A DNA stretch of 64,000 nt, taken from NCBI GenBank assembly GCA_028534125.1, contig CM052816.1, positions 65,040,001-65,104,000 of the forward strand, read 5' to 3'. Source of the stretch: Lama glama. Lineage: Eukaryota. The notes beneath the pieces are model-generated. The model made no database searches, was not told the DNA's origin, and worked only from the letters and a program-made list of their open reading frames with translations. The translations under genes and the position numbers were made by a program. This document shows, one piece after another, positions 24,061-34,884 of this stretch (position 1 is the stretch's first letter; each line of letters opens with the position of its first letter).

Positions 24061-27000
24061 ATGATTTTGTGCAAAGAATGCTATGGGAAAATGGAATCTT
24101 GTTACCTGAATAGTAGGAATCATTAGTAGTTTGATATTTAATCTGTGGCATATAGTGAGCTATTATTTTTGGAATAGCATTGCTTTGAAACCATAGCTAA
24201 AGGAAGGCAGATGGTTAACTTGTTTTCCACTTCCTGGAAAATATTTAAGACAGGAGTCAATATTGTCAGTCTCTAATGGAGGCTGGCAATGTCAAGATGG
24301 TTTGTGGCCATGTCAAGATGTTGAGTCAGTGTCCAGGTCATTGCTCATTAAAAATGCTGCTCTTTGGACCAACAGGAGACCCAGCAGCAGGATCCTAACA
24401 ATTTCTGATGCTACCTCACAACCCTTCAGGACAGTGCAGAACATTTCATTCTTTAGAAAATATTCAGGCCTCTTTCCTTCTGTTTCAGCATTCACCACTA
24501 GTCTATTTGTATTATTGGACTGTACTTTTTATTTTGTAACAATGAATACATTGAGGGAAAGAACATTTTAAAAATGTCATTATAACCCTGCTTTATCTGT
24601 GTCTATATACTATCCCATTATTTTATGTTTATTTTTAATATGAATATCTAGTTTTTTATAAATATGGATTCTATTAATAATTTAATTCATATTAATTAAA
24701 AAGCCATTAATAATTCTCTAATATTCCACAGTAATTTCTTACTAGGGTGTCATTTCTTAATTTTCGCCAGTCATTAATTTCTTCTTTTCTTTCCTCATAG
24801 TTTTTGTCTCCTTGAGATCTTCAGAATGCCAATCAGTCTCCACTCTGTTATGATGTATAATCATCTGCTTCTCGTCTAATTCCCTGTTTGGTGCTTCATG
24901 CCTTCTGTTATGTTCTTACTGCTGTCGGTCTTCTATTGTTTTAATTTCGTTTTCTCCCACACCCCCCCACAAGTCACAGTCATGTGAAGTGGCTAGCTGT
25001 ATGAATAAGCCTAGGTTCTATATTATACATACGTTTTACTAAAGCCACTAGTAGACATCACTCCTACTCACATGTGAAATTGGCAAATACCGATTTCTTT
25101 GTAATTCAGTAATAATTTCTAAACATGTCTGGAAACATGTTTCTTCCGCATCGAAATATTACTGTGCCAAGTGACCTTCGTCTTTTCCAAAACAACTCAG
25201 AGAGTTTTGCTACATTAACCCACCCAATCTAATAACTCAGGAAAAATCAATTCTGTGACATGAAATTAAAAGATGTACTGCCAAAATTGTGGTGTCTCTA
25301 AAGTGGCAATTTTTTGACCAGACTGGAAACCCTTATCTGGCACAATGTTAGCTGGGGTTTCCTGATTCCTTTACAGGTCATAATTTTTTTTGGTAAAATC
25401 GAAATAAGTACACATTTAATTACGGTTCCAAAAATTTGCATTTTTGGATGAAATGGATTTTCGCTTGTCATGTTATAGGCCGTAATTGCTACATTGTCTA
25501 GTGTTAATTTGCATTTTAATTGAACTTTAAATATTTAACCAGAGGATAGTCCAATAGGAGATTCTATAACTGTCTCACTAATTGGTAGGCAAGAGTTATT
25601 TTTTTATTGCTATTTTAGGAGTAGGGAAGTCTGCTCTACAGGGGTGGGGAAAGAGCTGATAACCTTCAAAGCAGGCTCTTTACTTTGGGGCTGTGGTGAG
25701 AAAAACAGAACAGAAGTTAGGAATGGAGAAATTAGAAGAGACAGATGGTGAGAGATTATAATGATTTCTAGGATCATCCAAATTGTCTGAGATTTATGCC
25801 AGAATTTTTCATCAGTTAGGGCAATATGTCATGCTTATTTTGAGCTCCCACAGACATGCAGTTATACTGGACGTTCCATTCTCTTGTTTCTTTGGGTTTT
25901 CAAGGAGTTTAGAAGCAGTCTACATTGGAATCTGTCAGTTTCAGCAACTGACAAATTTGAATGTTGTAAACGTTTTCTAAAACATTTTCTTTTAAACCAC
26001 TCTGGGGAAAGACAAGAAAGTAAGATGACTGATTCTTAGATTATCTGCATTTAGAACAACTTTCTTTTAGTTGCAAAAACATTATTGATGGCGTCTTCAA
26101 CGAGAGACGGGGGAAGATTTTAGTGGGCACATCAGCTGTTGACTCAGATATAATTGTACAGGCTGCTTCTCTGTTTTCTCTTAGGTGAATCAGCAGCGTT
26201 AGTTTATTATGAAAGTTACCAACCTATAAGATGATTCTGTTGAATGAATTCTCAAATACAAGGTACATACGTGCCATAATTTGGTGAATATGAAATGCTC
26301 CGTTGAAATGTTGCAATCCCACTGTGATCTTCAATGTTCCTGTTGCAATTATGGTCATCGTGTTAAGTATAAAACCAATTTGACATGTGATTGAAAGTCA
26401 ACAAAAATTCTTTATGTTTTCTGGAGAAAATGTAAATGATTCCTTGTGTAAATGAGACACTTCAAAATGAAAGCACGTAAAATGCCAGGTATAGACTGCT
26501 TAGCGTGACTCGAGCTTTTTAAAATAAACTTTTCTGAGTATTGAGTTTTGAATTCTCTGACTACTTGAGATTTGTCTGTGAAACAAAGTGCCCAGTTATC
26601 TAGAGGATTCCTTGTAGTTGGAAGACTTCTTTTGCTTATTTTGCCAATTAACTATTTTAGCGGAATCTTTCCTATATGCCCAGCAACGTGCTAAAAGCTG
26701 TGCACCTAATGCGCTCTTTATTTTTGTTTTGTTTTATTTTGCTGTGGGTAGAGATATGAAGGACCAAATAAAGAGACCTGACACTTTTGGAGGAGAGGGC
26801 AGCACATTCGCATTTTTAATCCAGGAATCACCTGCCCAAGAGTTGAGGAAAAAATCATAATTGTGTAGCAGAGTTTTGGAGATCAAAGGTAGAAGCCACT
26901 TGCCATTTGCGGGTAAATGATCATTTAGCCTCTTACTCTTTTCATGTAAGATAAGACATGGATGAAGGGTCATCAATATATGTCATCTGTGATATTATTG

Positions 27001-27659
27001 AGGAGGAAGATGAATTAGAGGAAAACAGTAGTTGGAGGTTTAAAAGGAAAAAAAAAATACACGGGGTAGTTTGTGCCAGGACAGTCCTGGGTGTCAGTCG
27101 CCCTTGAGCAAACCCGGCAGTATTAGATCAGACAAAAAGTTGCAGCGGTTAAGAAATCTCCTGTTCCACAAGAATCTCTCAATCATGTCTGGAAATATAA
27201 TTTCACTTAATCAAAATTTTATATGGCTTCAGGCCCAATATTAATGCTAAATAAGTTCTTGTTAAACCAATAAATGGATGCTCTCTTGGGGTGCTGAAGG
27301 CACCACAAACAAGGTGTGGGAGTCAGATCCTTCCTTCCAGGAGCTTATAGAGAAAAGCAGCACACAAGTAACAATGGTCACACACACTATTGAGACTGGG
27401 TGGTGAATGAGGGCAAACAAACCCCTGATTTAAGAATTCAGCCACTTAAAACCATTTTAGAAGTTTGAGGAATATAAATTACAGAAAAATCCAGGGAAAG
27501 GATACAAAACCTTCTGCCTCAGGTGGGAAGAGGAGGCAATATTAGATACTGCTGTCAGAAAGCAATGGCATTTGAGCTGCGGAGGATTTTTAGATTCAGA
27601 AATGTGAATACGTGTTTGTGGAGAAAAGGAAAAAGGAAAATGGTCATCCATTCCAGATT

Positions 27660-27790
27660 CAGGGAATTTAGTTTATTCATTTTCCCTTCTACATTTATTT
27701 ATTGCCTCCTGTGTACAAGACTACTAAGGGCTTGAAACAGGATAAATAAGACATGTAGTTCTTGTCTTTGAAGAGCTCCCAGCAGTTCGA
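27660..27790 (-). mobile_element. L2 3' fragment
   Basis: ttattcatt...catttatttattgcctcctgtgtacaagac...gataaataagacatgtagttcttgtctttgaagagctc. Confidence 0.55.
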
Positions 27791-27856
27791 GAAGCATCTG
27801 TGTTCCTGAGTGTTGTCGGCAGGTGTGTGCTGGAGGTCGGCCTCGGTGCTCTGAGG

Positions 27857-27870
27857 CCTGCAGGGGGCGC
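27857..27870 (+). promoter_or_regulatory. Candidate CTCF binding site
   Basis: CCTGCAGGGGGCGC matches the CTCF core CCASYAGRKGGCRS at 13 of 14 positions, in a locally GC/CpG-richer patch. Confidence 0.55.
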
Positions 27871-28004
27871 CTCTCCTACACAGCAGCACCAGGGTGGAAG
27901 GGGATCATCTCCAGGCTCCTCAACCCAATTGACAGCTGGGTGATCTGCACCATCAGCAGAGGCTGCATTTTTGTTTTGTAGCCCTTTGGTACTCCGCTTT
28001 GTAC

Positions 28005-28145
28005 TAAAGTTATTCATGTATTTATTGTCCCTCTAGACCTTAAGTTTGTGGAGGCCCCCATATTAGGTTTTATAATCTTTGTGTTCTTTTGTGATATCTA
28101 GAATGGTGCCTTGCACACACAGTGGGCATTAAAGAGTTCTGGGGT
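28005..28145 (+). mobile_element. L2 3' fragment
   Basis: tttattgtccctctagaccttaagtttgtggagg...atctagaatggtgccttgcacacacagtgggcattaaag. Confidence 0.55.
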
Positions 28146-29003
28146 GTAATTAAGTTTTATATTTGTTGGAAGTTAAAACATATCTGGTAGAAGACATGCC
28201 TATGAGATAAAGTGTCCTATTCCTACACGCTGTCAGCCTTACTAACCTAACCTTTCACAATTTTTTCAACTGAAGCCAATGCTACCTAGTGTCATGTGGA
28301 AGCCACCTTTCACCCTTCATACTGTTTTTCTGACCTGTGAGGACTTTCTGGGCATTTTAAAGTTCTCATCCCTTTATGACTAAGCTTTCTCTTATTCACG
28401 GGGGAAAACACCTGAACATCAACAAGCCATTCTGCTCATTTGTTTTTTAAAAAAGTGCTTGTTAAAAAGTCACTAAGTCAATATTCTGAGATTGTTTAGG
28501 AGGTTTCTTATTTTTCTCAGCCGTAAACTCAATTACCTTCCAAATGATTTTATAGCTGACAGTAAATGGTCCATGAAGTATTTGAATAAAAGTGAGGGCA
28601 AACATTTCATGCTTAAATAGCTGTAATGGTAGTCAGTGTAACAGACTGGAGTTTCAAAAATAACTGATGATGAATCACTCCGTGGCTGCATGATCTTATG
28701 CTATGGTTTCTACAAAGATATCATTTGCAGGTGTTCTGACCCATATCTTACCCTAGTTGGTAATTAATGATGTTTGATTTTACATAAACAAGTGTCTGTA
28801 TGTGTTTGGAGTATGAATGTCTATAGAGATCAAATATAAGAAGAAAGAGATATGCCAATTTCACCATTGTCCTAAATGGTCTTTGAAAATGTTGCTCTTT
28901 CTTTGGAAAATATTACTTAAATATCTGCAGTGGTTTGTCATATTTCATGGAGATGGTATAACCCTACAGCTTCTTTCAGGGTATGAATAAATCTCCTTCA
29001 TCT

Positions 29004-29503
29004 NNNNNNNNNNNNNNNNNNNNNNNNNNNNNNNNNNNNNNNNNNNNNNNNNNNNNNNNNNNNNNNNNNNNNNNNNNNNNNNNNNNNNNNNNNNNNNNNN
29101 NNNNNNNNNNNNNNNNNNNNNNNNNNNNNNNNNNNNNNNNNNNNNNNNNNNNNNNNNNNNNNNNNNNNNNNNNNNNNNNNNNNNNNNNNNNNNNNNNNNN
29201 NNNNNNNNNNNNNNNNNNNNNNNNNNNNNNNNNNNNNNNNNNNNNNNNNNNNNNNNNNNNNNNNNNNNNNNNNNNNNNNNNNNNNNNNNNNNNNNNNNNN
29301 NNNNNNNNNNNNNNNNNNNNNNNNNNNNNNNNNNNNNNNNNNNNNNNNNNNNNNNNNNNNNNNNNNNNNNNNNNNNNNNNNNNNNNNNNNNNNNNNNNNN
29401 NNNNNNNNNNNNNNNNNNNNNNNNNNNNNNNNNNNNNNNNNNNNNNNNNNNNNNNNNNNNNNNNNNNNNNNNNNNNNNNNNNNNNNNNNNNNNNNNNNNN
29501 NNN
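29004..29503. other. Assembly gap (exactly 500 N)
   Basis: Run of 500 n characters. Confidence 1.
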
Positions 29504-29643
29504 GTTATGATAAATCACAGAGAAAAAAATGTGACAATGAGTGTGTATATGTCCATGAATGACTGAAAAATTGTGCTGAACACTGGAATTTGACACAACA
29601 TTGTAAAATGATTATAAATCAATAAAAAATGTTTAAAAAAAAA
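29504..29643 (+). mobile_element. Young camelid-type L1 3' end abutting the gap
   Basis: aatgtgacaatgag...gactgaaaaattgtgctgaacactggaatttgacacaacattgtaaaatgattataaatcaataaaaaatgtttaaaaaaaaa. Nearly identical to 33469-33582. Confidence 0.9.
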
Positions 29644-29925
29644 GAAAGTAGGAAAGAGTAAATGAAACCCAAAATAAGGAGAAGAAAGAGGAAAAAATGA
29701 TCAAAGCAGAAACCAACAACATTGAAAACAGGAAAACAATGGGGAAATCAATGAAAACAAAGACTGGTTCTTTGAGATCAACAGTATTGAGGAAGCTGTA
29801 GCTAGACTCGATCAGGAAAGCAGGACAAGACACAAACTAGTATCAGGAATAAGAGAGGTGACATCACTATAGATTCAACAGTTACTAAAAGGAGAATAAG
29901 GAGATAATAAAGGATAGTGAAGGAA
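29644..29925 (+). mobile_element. Older L1 ORF2 fragment
   Basis: gaaacccaaaataaggagaag...caaagcagaaaccaacaacattgaaaacaggaaaacaatggggaaatcaatgaaaacaaagactggttctttgag is the post-endonuclease ORF2 region. Confidence 0.8.
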
Positions 29926-30320
29926 GTTGTTTCTCGGCTGTCCTTTCTGTCCTCAGGCTTCAGAGAGATCCGCCTTTCTCTCAGGGAAGACCTGTGTCCC
30001 TGAGTCAGGGCTGCGTCCTCCCTCTGTGAATGAGGTGTTGTGGAGTCTAATGCATCACACAGCCCACATGTAGCATTTGGCACTGTGGCAGGTTAAGCTG
30101 CTTCCCCCTTCCCCTGTCCATAGCAGGTTTGCTCTTCCCATTAAACTGGGGGTGAAAGCCGCGGCGAGTCTCTTCTTTGCTGGGAAGGATTTCTTCCTTT
30201 CTGGACTTGAGTTCATTTAGCTTTATTTCTATTCCCAGTTCTCTAAGGATTAAAAGAAATAAGCAAATGTGGTTTTGGAACTTGTTTGGCTTGTTCTGGT
30301 TGTAAAGTTAGGAGGGATGG
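29926..30320 (-). mobile_element. Probable old L1M 5'-end fragment
   Basis: ggaaggatttcttcctttctggacttgagttcatttagc...cttgttctggttgtaaagttagg resembles the antisense L1M 5' UTR as I recall it. Recognition is weak. Confidence 0.35.
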
Positions 30321-30321
30321 G

Positions 30322-30684
30322 CTGCCATTAAAAAAGAAAGAAGGAATGAAAAAAGACTGTGTAGCTAAAACCACAGAAATTCTAGAGGCTAGAAGTTCCA
30401 GATCAAGGTTTGATTTCTTCTGTGGCTTCTCTCCTTGGCTTGCAAATGAATGATTTCTCACTGTGTCCTCACATAGTTATCACTCTGTCTCTGTTTTCTA
30501 ACCTAACCTCCTCTTCTTATAAGGACATCAGTAATACTAGATTAGGGTCCATGCTAACAACCCACTTTTAACTTTAAATTACCTCTTCAAAGGCACTGTC
30601 TCCAAAAACAGTCACATTCTGAGCTGCTGAAAGTTAGGGAGAGCTTCAACATACAGATTTGTGGGACCCAATAGCCCACAACAG
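30322..30684 (-). mobile_element. MaLR MLT1B/C-like solo LTR
   Basis: ttctagaggctagaagttccagatcaagg...ctcttcttataaggacatcagtaatactagattagggtcc...gtctccaaaaacagtcacattctgag...cttcaacatacagattt...gcccacaaca. Confidence 0.85.
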
Positions 30685-31175
30685 TCTGTATGATCTGGCC
30701 CTTCATTACAACCTTGACCTCATGTCTTACTACTCTAGCCCCTTAATCTATCGAGCCACACCCACCAGCCTTGCTGCTGATCTTAGAACATACCAGGCAT
30801 GTTCCCATTCAAGGACACTTTTACCAGCTATAAATCTATCTGGAGTAGTTTTCCCAAGATATCCACTTGGCTCATTATATCACCTCCTTCAAGTCTTTGC
30901 ACAAGTGTCACCTTCTTTTTGCAGCCTGTCTCAGCTCTCTTATTTAAAAATGCAGTCCCGATAGTCACTGCACTATTTATTCTTCACAGTGACTTGACAC
31001 CTTCTAACCTAATATACAATTTAATTATTTACCAAGTTTATTACTTTCCCCTGGCCCACCAGCATATGAGCTCCATGAGGGCAGGGATTTTTACTTGTTT
31101 CATTCAGTGATGTCACAGTATCCCGGTGCCTGGCACATCCTGGGCATTCTATCCTGACTCAGCGATGAATGCATC
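30685..31175 (+). mobile_element. L2a-like 3' region
   Basis: tgatctggccc...cacctccttcaagtctttgcacaagtgtcaccttc...atgagctccatgagggcagggatttt...gtgcctggcacatcctgggc. Confidence 0.85.
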
Positions 31176-31299
31176 AAAAGGATACACTTTTTTTTGGTGA
31201 TGATTATCTCCATGTGGTTCTTAGAGCAGAGCTTCTCACTGTTTCTATGAGATGCTACTTTTTAAATAATTTAATTAAATGTAATCTTATTTTCTCTTT

Positions 31300-31735
31300 T
31301 CCATAGCACTTTATTATGAAATTTTGCAAACATGTAGCAAAGTTGAAGGAATTTTATACTCCACATCTGTGTACCTACCACCAATTGTACCATTCACATA
31401 TTACTAGACTTTATCAGTTTATTACTTGTAGGTAATCCTCTACCCACTTTCCCATTTTATTCTGAGTGCATTCAGAGAAAATTATAGACTTAAGTATGTT
31501 TTTCCCTGCATTCTTCAGCATGCATATTGTTAACTAGGATTCATTATTCACAATCTTTTTCTTTTTTATTTAAAACTTACGTTGAAATGCCATGCTTGTA
31601 AGTGAACGTTTGCTGAGCCCTGACAAATGCGTACATTTTTGTAACTCAAACTTTAATCAAGATATTGAGCGTTCCCATCACCCCAGAAAGTTTCCTCATG
31701 CTCCTTCCCAATTAGCCCTCACTCCTGTGCTGAGG
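31300..31735 (-). mobile_element. Old L1M 3' UTR fragment(s)
   Basis: tttattatgaaattttgcaaacatgtagcaaagttgaagg; atcaagatattgagcgttcccatcaccccagaaagtttcctcatgctccttccca. Confidence 0.75.
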
Positions 31736-32869
31736 TAAAGCTACTGAGTCCCTGCCTAGTGATACTAGAGACTAAAGCAAAAGGAAAAAGAAAACATTGT
31801 AAGGTTAATTTTTTTCCCCAGAACATTAAAGCAAGTGAAAAACCATTGAACAATTGAAAAGTAGGTGTATAGAAACTCAAAATATTTTAAGTTTAAATAT
31901 TTTATTTATATAAAAAAAGCAATTAATAATTTTACTTTCCTGGTTTTAACGGAAACAAACTCATCAATAAGATTTCCAAAGTGTGCTAGTTATAGGAGAT
32001 GCTGTTTTAAAGAAAAAGAGTGGGTCCACTGCCACTGAAAGCTTGGAAGCACCATATTAGATCCAATTAAACAGGTTGCCACAGGGCTTCCAACCTATGA
32101 TATGCTAATGCAATCTTTAATTTTTATTGGCCAAGTTAGAATCAAGCGTGGCAAATCCCAGCTGTTGTTGTTTTTTTTTTTTTTTCTTAACCATGTAATT
32201 CTTTTTCTTTTTTCCTGAATTATCTTGGGTGACTAATGTTTTTTAGCACTCATTTTGGGGAATATATTTTTTTAGTTCTCTTTCTCTCCCAACCTTTTAA
32301 GAGATTCATTGCTATGTCACATGAATTCTAATTCATTTAGATTCTTCACTCTCAGAATGATAATGACTTCTTTCTTTCATATGCTGAAGAATATTGTCTA
32401 AAACAATGTCATTTCTATTGCATATAAATAATCTTTCTTTTTCTATTATTTTCCCCTTTCTTTTGCTTATCTTTTCTGAGTTTTGGCTTTGGTAAACTGG
32501 TCCTGAAAGAGATCTCGTCTCCTTGAAAATTAATCCTTCTTCCATTCATAGATTTATATCATTTGGAATAATTCCTGTTAAAGCTTTCTCAGCAATCAGA
32601 GTCGGTGTTTTGGGGGGTAATGGTGCAATGTTGGTATGCATGTGCAGTGGGTGGAGGAAAGCTATATCTTTGAAATGTGTGTTCTTGAATCTGGATGAGG
32701 TTAGAATGAGGATATAAGGGGAGACTGGGCTTGAATAAAGAAAAGTATAATAAATAGAAAAGAAGTAGAAGAAATATAGAAATGATTGCAAAATATATAT
32801 TTTTTAAAAAGCTAGAGCAGAAAGAAAACAAAGTGGAGAAAAGGCTTTAAAGAGAAAAAGAAGATGAGT

Positions 32870-33330
32870 GGAACTAACATTTGTTGAGTGTTAACCATGT
32901 CCCAGACTCTGTGTTACATTGGAAGAATGCATATAAATCCTTCCAATAATCCTCCGAATCATGCAATATCAGTAATAATTTACATAAGCACAAATTGACC
33001 AGTTAAGTAATTTCTTGCTTCCCAAACCTTTATCATCTAATTACACACAGAAATGACATTCAGACTATACCTCAATAAAAAAAAAAGGAAGAAATGACAT
33101 TCATATTTGAAAGGAACTTGCCTATAAACCACTAGCTGAGGGTGTTTTGGGGCAATGTGTGCCCCATCTGTTGTGAGGGTTGAGAGGATCAATACCTCTA
33201 CAAACTATATTCTTAGTCCAATTAGCTGACAAGATAAAAAGTAAACTATCCAAGGCCACACACTCGGGAAATGACAAAGCTAAAGTTTGAATTCAAGACT
33301 CTTAGAGCTCCTAGTCCACCTTTTTCAACA
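32870..33330 (-). mobile_element. MIR fragments (~32870-33020 and ~33200-33330)
   Basis: ctaacatttgttgagtgttaaccatgtcccagactctgtg; ccaaggccacacactcgggaaatgacaaagctaaagtttgaattcaag. Confidence 0.6.
33063..33089 (+). mobile_element. Ultra-short (27 bp) L1 3'-terminal insertion
   Basis: gactatacctcaataaaaaaaaaagga flanked by an exact 14-bp direct repeat agaaatgacattca (33049-33062 and 33090-33103). Confidence 0.8.
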
Positions 33331-33339
33331 GCTCTGAGA

Positions 33340-34150
33340 CTATAAAGATGAAAAATGCACGACCCTGCCCTTAAGAAACCTACAGCTTAGTGGGAGAAGT
33401 TAGAAAAAGAACAATATCTAGCTCAGGGAAATATATACAGGATCTTGTGGTGCCTCACAGCGAAAGAGAATGTGACAATGAATGTATGTATGTTTATGTA
33501 TAACTGAAAAATTGTGCTTTACACTGGAATTTGACACAACATTGTAAAATGACTATAACTCAGTAAAAAATGTTTAAAAAAAAGAAAAAGAACAATATCT
33601 AGATCTAGAGTTATTAGAAAAAATGAAGAGCAAAGCATTATTCAGCTTGATTTTTCAGGAATGAATAGGAGCTTGCAGGTGGGATATAAGGGGAAGAGGA
33701 GGAAGGCCTTCTAGGCAGTGGGAAGCATGCCCGAAGGCACTGAGCTGGTGGAGATGTTGGGATGTTAGGGGATAGAGAACCGCTGGATCTGGCTGCATTC
33801 CTGAGAAGGGAAGAGAGTAGAAGTTGAGGCCAGATAGAAGGACTGGGTCAGGGGAAGCAAGGGTCGGGGGTGGTAGCTGTACTACAGAAACGACAGGAGA
33901 GACAGGAGTGACAAAGTCAAAGTATTTTGTGATACAGAATCAGGAAACATAGTGACTTTTTAGGAGTGGTGAATAAAGGATGACTGCTATTTCTATCTTG
34001 GTTTCCTTGGGGGTGAATGGTTCATTAGGGAAACACTGAAATAGGGAAATCTGGAGGAAGAGCAGGTTTCAACAAGAAGGACAAGAAGTTTGATATTGGA
34101 CTTGGTGATTGTGAGGTACTCTGCAGTATGTTTGGGGAAGATTAGTATCT
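33340..34150 (-). mobile_element. L2 fossil, interrupted by a short L1
   Basis: gaccctgcccttaagaaacctacagcttagtgggaga; gaagtttgatattggacttggtgattgtgaggtac (antisense L2 motifs). Confidence 0.6.
33422..33582 (+). mobile_element. 5'-truncated young camelid-type L1 (~160 bp)
   Basis: L1 3' UTR plus poly-A, flanked by the exact direct repeat agaaaaagaacaatatctag (33402-33421 and 33583-33602). Confidence 0.92.
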
Positions 34151-34489
34151 AATAGATGTTATGAAAGTCTGAGTGGTCACCGAGTAGGGTGAGTCAGGGT
34201 GGAATTAGTGCTACCCTCCCTGGGATGTATCTCTTTAGTTCATATTTCTTTCTAAACTACAGTAACAGTGCTGCCTTGTGAACTTGAGCAGGTGTCTTGA
34301 AATAGGTAAAAAGTCTTGTAATTGGTGGAGTATGTTCCCCATGTTAAGTTTAGTAATGATGACCACAGTGCCCTCTTCAACAGTGACCTCCAAACCTTGG
34401 AGAATTGTGGCCTAAGAATTATACAGATAGACCCCTGTTATCTCAGGAAGCTCTTATTTTAGGTAATATACATATTTTTAGTTAACAAT

Positions 34490-34640
34490 ATTAATAATTA
34501 ACATTTATAGAGCCCTTAATATGAACCAGACACTGTTATAAATTAGTTACATTTATCAACCCGTTCAGTTCTCACAATGCTGCTATTCGGTGAGGAGGGT
34601 TTAAGTAGCTTCCTCAGGCCTGTGACGCATCTCTAGTTCT
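34490..34640 (-). mobile_element. MIR fragment
   Basis: taacatttatagagcccttaatatgaaccagacactg...ttcagttctcacaat. Confidence 0.55.
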
Positions 34641-34884
34641 CAGGAACTGGGCGCTGAGGTCTCAGTGGTTTCTGACATTTGGTCTTGTGATCCTGAAGCC
34701 GTGAAGTATTGCTCTCCCTGCCTCAGATTATATCTAGAATTTTATTTTGCACTCGTTCCTGATTTGCTCTTCACCCTTATTGTATTTTAGCCATTGGTAG
34801 TGACTTGGTAATGTTTTCAGGTAGTTTCTATGCTCCAAAGGATACTTTTTTAGTTCATTCATCATGTTGAAGGATGGAGAGTTC

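Noticed and set aside
27660..28145. L2-derived miRNA hairpin of the miR-28/miR-151 type
   Set aside because: Those arise from adjacent converging L2 tails. Here the tails point outward, are over 200 bp apart and are highly diverged.
28667..28739. Box C/D snoRNA (ATGATGA ... CTGA, 73 nt span)
   Set aside because: No terminal stem (aactg versus cccat), no convincing C'/D' boxes, and no rRNA/snRNA antisense element I can recognise. Such box pairs occur by chance; snoscan or Infernal would settle it.
28976..29596. 206-aa and 175-aa ORFs
   Set aside because: Artefacts of translating through the N gap.
34354..34462. Exon-like frame NDDHSALFNSDLQTLENCGLRIIQ ending at TAG|gtaata
   Set aside because: No polypyrimidine tract, an in-frame stop at the junction, and no recognisable homology.
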